Shown: piece by piece, positions 61,870 to 64,000 of the stretch | Layout of the letters: every line of letters begins with the position of its first letter | Numbering within the stretch: the stretch's first letter is position 1 | Assembly (NCBI GenBank): GCA_050253415.1 | Contig: JBFWJC010000008.1 | Location: forward strand, 54,499 to 118,498 | DNA: 64,000 nucleotides | Source of the DNA: Pedobacter sp. | GTDB taxonomy: Bacteria > Desulfobacterota > Desulfuromonadia > Desulfuromonadales > Syntrophotaleaceae | Direction of reading: 5' to 3' | Translations under genes and position numbers: made by a program | The notes under the pieces: generated by a model | Told to the model about the DNA's origin: nothing | The model's database searches: none | The model's input: the letters and a program-made list of their open reading frames with translations, nothing else

Positions 61870-61980
61870 ACCTAACGTTTGAGATAAGCGGCGACGACGC
61901 GCCTGTACGGGCACCACCGAAATTTTGCCTTTCGGGACGCACCCAGCTATTTTTCGTCCGCCTTGATCTGCTGGTTAGGA
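61870..61980 (-). repeat. attC, 111 bp (family C)
   Basis: ACCTAAC...TTCGGGACGCACCCAGC...GTTAGGA. Confidence 0.85.
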
Positions 61981-62519
61981 TGCTCTTCGTAGTTTTGAAT
62001 AAACTCTTTAAACGTGGGCAGAGTGGCTGTGTAGCCCTGTTCGGTCCTTGACGACAGGGTGAAGACCAAATAAAAGTCACCCTCTTCGCCATACGCAACC
62101 TTTTCCCAATTGCCCTCACCCTTTGGGGAAAATCTATATGTTTCTAGGGTTTTATTGTCTTTCGTTTTGATCAATCCAGACTTTTCAATTGCCAAAGCAC
62201 TCTGAGATTTCTTGAACTCTTCTATGTCTTCGGCGATGAATTGCTCTAATGACTTTGTGTCTGGCATCCTGGGTTTATAAAGCGCCTTTGCATATATTAC
62301 TGATTCAGCATTTGAAAAAGCTGCCCCGTCGGGAGCTTGTGTGTTCGCGCTATACCGATAACTACTACCCTCATCTTGATGCCATCCATCAACTTTGGGC
62401 AAAACTGGCCACCAATACAAATCAAAACCATTCTCACTAGGGATAGCATTTTTCTCAATTTCGGCAGCCACAGGAACAGAAATAAGAAGTAGCAATAAGA
62501 CGAGAATGATTTTTTTCAC
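61947..62519 (-). CDS. Cassette: exported hypothetical protein
   Basis: Signal peptide MKKIILVLLLLLISVPVAA; reads into attC. Confidence 0.8.
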   Translation of the reverse strand: MKKIILVLLLLLISVPVAAEIEKNAIPSENGFDLYWWPVLPKVDGWHQDEGSSYRYSANTQAPDGAAFSNAESVIYAKALYKPRMPDTKSLEQFIAEDIEEFKKSQSALAIEKSGLIKTKDNKTLETYRFSPKGEGNWEKVAYGEEGDFYLVFTLSSRTEQGYTATLPTFKEFIQNYEEHPNQQIKADEK

Positions 62520-62525
62520 TTAAAA

Positions 62526-62629
62526 TCCTAACAGTTTGGGTAACCGGGCGCGTCGAAATGGCCCGGCTAGCTGTTATTTTTAAGGGAATCGCCCAGCCCT
62601 AGTCGCTCCGGTTGACCCTTTTGTTAGCT
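62526..62629 (-). repeat. attC, 104 bp
   Basis: TCCTAAC...GGGTAACCGG/CCGGTTGACCC...GTTAGCT. Confidence 0.88.
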
Positions 62630-62634
62630 TGACC

Positions 62635-63264
62635 TTATCCTCCGGACTCTGGTGCTCTGTATCGTTGGTCTATTGTGATCATTTGTTCAGGGGTTCTACA
62701 TTTACCTTCGCTTTCGAGAATAGCTTTCCTCGCATTTCTCATTACGTCATCAACAATGTATTCTCGACCAAGATCTTTTCCATAATTCTTGCCGTCGAGA
62801 TAAAAAAGAGTTGTAATTGCAAAGGCCCTTTCTGGGTAATTGAATTTTTCTTCATTTTCGGCAATTTTAAATAAAGCATCTTTAGAGGATTTCAAGCCCA
62901 GACTTCCAGCAGCTTGTATATAGGAAGTTAAAAACATTGGTTTATCATCTGTCAAAACTGCCTTTTGCAGTTTAATCTGGATAATTTCTGCTGTGGATGG
63001 GTTACCTGAAACGGAAAGAATGCGAAGCCATGTTGAAGCTAGCAGGCCACCATTGTAGTTATTTAAGTATTTAGAATACTTATCACTGTTGCATCTAATG
63101 TTTGAGTAGATTCTATCCATACAAAAAACGTATAAACTTGACTGATTATTTCCGGACAAATCAGCCAATTTTGCCATAACAACTGGACTACTGAATGCAA
63201 AATAGAGACTAACTGCACCGCAAATTAGAATCAGGAATAAAGTTTTCTTCAATACCATACCCAC
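62635..63264 (-). CDS. Cassette: hypothetical protein with N-terminal TM/signal
   Basis: 209 aa ORF bounded by attC sites. Confidence 0.72.
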   Translation of the reverse strand: MGMVLKKTLFLILICGAVSLYFAFSSPVVMAKLADLSGNNQSSLYVFCMDRIYSNIRCNSDKYSKYLNNYNGGLLASTWLRILSVSGNPSTAEIIQIKLQKAVLTDDKPMFLTSYIQAAGSLGLKSSKDALFKIAENEEKFNYPERAFAITTLFYLDGKNYGKDLGREYIVDDVMRNARKAILESEGKCRTPEQMITIDQRYRAPESGG

Positions 63265-63275
63265 TTTTATTTAAA

Positions 63276-63347
63276 AGCTAACGATTAGGCTCACAGGCAA
63301 ATTTGGAGCGTAGCGAAAAACTTGTCCTGTGCAGCTACTTGATATCC
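63276..63347 (-). repeat. attC, 72 bp, R'' mutated (AAC to ATC)
   Basis: AGCTAAC...GCTCACAGG/CCTGTGCAGC...GATATCC. Confidence 0.8.
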
Positions 63348-63862
63348 GTGATTTCATTTGCCAGATACTCGATTTGCGCTCTACTCAACGGAAGGGCATC
63401 CTCTGCTGGATTGATAACTACTCCATGATACTCTCCCATATTTAGCGCCCAATACCATGCATCTTGGGATGGAAATATAAGAGTATCAACCGGCTGATCA
63501 ATGTATTTACCTATAGCTTCCCAATCAGTGAACAGTGGCAAATACATATTCCCTTCACCATCGGAAGTGTTTAGCACTTTAATAATGCTATCTTTTTCGA
63601 CAGTGACTCTTCCATTTTCGCCAGGTTCCGATGTATGCATTTCATCTGAGAAAATAGCGACAAGGTAATTTGCCTTGTTGAGCTCAATCAACAAAGCGTC
63701 TTTAGCTTCGTCACTGGCATCCAATTTGAGTCGCTGAATTGCCGCAACAAGTTTTGGATTAGTGACTGGAGTGTTGACATCAACAGGTGGTTTAGCATCA
63801 GCGACTGCTACTGATGAAGCGACAGCAATCCCTGCAAACAATGCTTTCAATTTCTTGAGCAT
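63335..63862 (-). CDS. Cassette: SseB-family protein with signal-like N-terminus
   Basis: NPKL..AI, YLPLFTDW, GVVINP motifs. Confidence 0.75.
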   Translation of the reverse strand: MLKKLKALFAGIAVASSVAVADAKPPVDVNTPVTNPKLVAAIQRLKLDASDEAKDALLIELNKANYLVAIFSDEMHTSEPGENGRVTVEKDSIIKVLNTSDGEGNMYLPLFTDWEAIGKYIDQPVDTLIFPSQDAWYWALNMGEYHGVVINPAEDALPLSRAQIEYLANEITDIK

Positions 63863-63873
63863 TATGTTCCTTG

Positions 63874-64000
63874 TGACATTACCCCTGAAAACTAAACCAT
63901 TGCAAAGTTAGTGATTTCGGTCTATCCATTCGCGAAAAGGAGATAGACATGAAATCGAAACGGTTCACCGAAGAGCAGATCATCGGCATTTTGAAACAGG
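63874..64000 (+). mobile_element. IS3-family (IS407-like) element, left end; orfA starts at 63949
   Basis: TGACATTACCCCTGAAAACT end, AAGGAG RBS, MKSKRFTEEQIIGILKQ. Confidence 0.88.

Larger units (their letters stand above)
50976..63873 (-). mobile_element. Integron gene-cassette array, about 20 cassettes; integrase not in window
   Basis: Co-oriented short genes each separated by RYYYAAC...GTTRRRY-bounded imperfect palindromes (attC). Confidence 0.92.

Overview
Chromosomal window from a Desulfuromonadales deltaproteobacterium (gene content suggests a Pelobacter/Syntrophotalea-like organism; inference only). 1-16.7 kb: core genes (murJ partial, rpsT, holA, lptE, leuS, infA, der, era, rnc, tRNA-Arg, tRNA-Pro) enclosing a reduced chemosensory cluster with a CheA-CheW fusion and no CheR/CheB/MCP. 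16.7-30.3 kb: ablAB osmolyte genes and a PocR-sensor-linked glycyl-radical diol dehydratase cluster; the enzyme has an atypical Phe/Ala active-site pair and the response regulator appears to lack part of its HTH. 30.3-51 kb: a candidate sRNA, a radical SAM/SPASM protein, two GGDEF-EAL proteins, and a yybP-ykoY (Mn2+) riboswitch with an overlapping terminator upstream of htpX-nhaA. 51-64 kb: an integron gene-cassette array of about 20 minus-strand cassettes separated by attC sites that are more decayed at the left (distal) end, hit by two IS3-family elements; no integrase lies in the window. All family calls come from motif recognition; no database searches were run.
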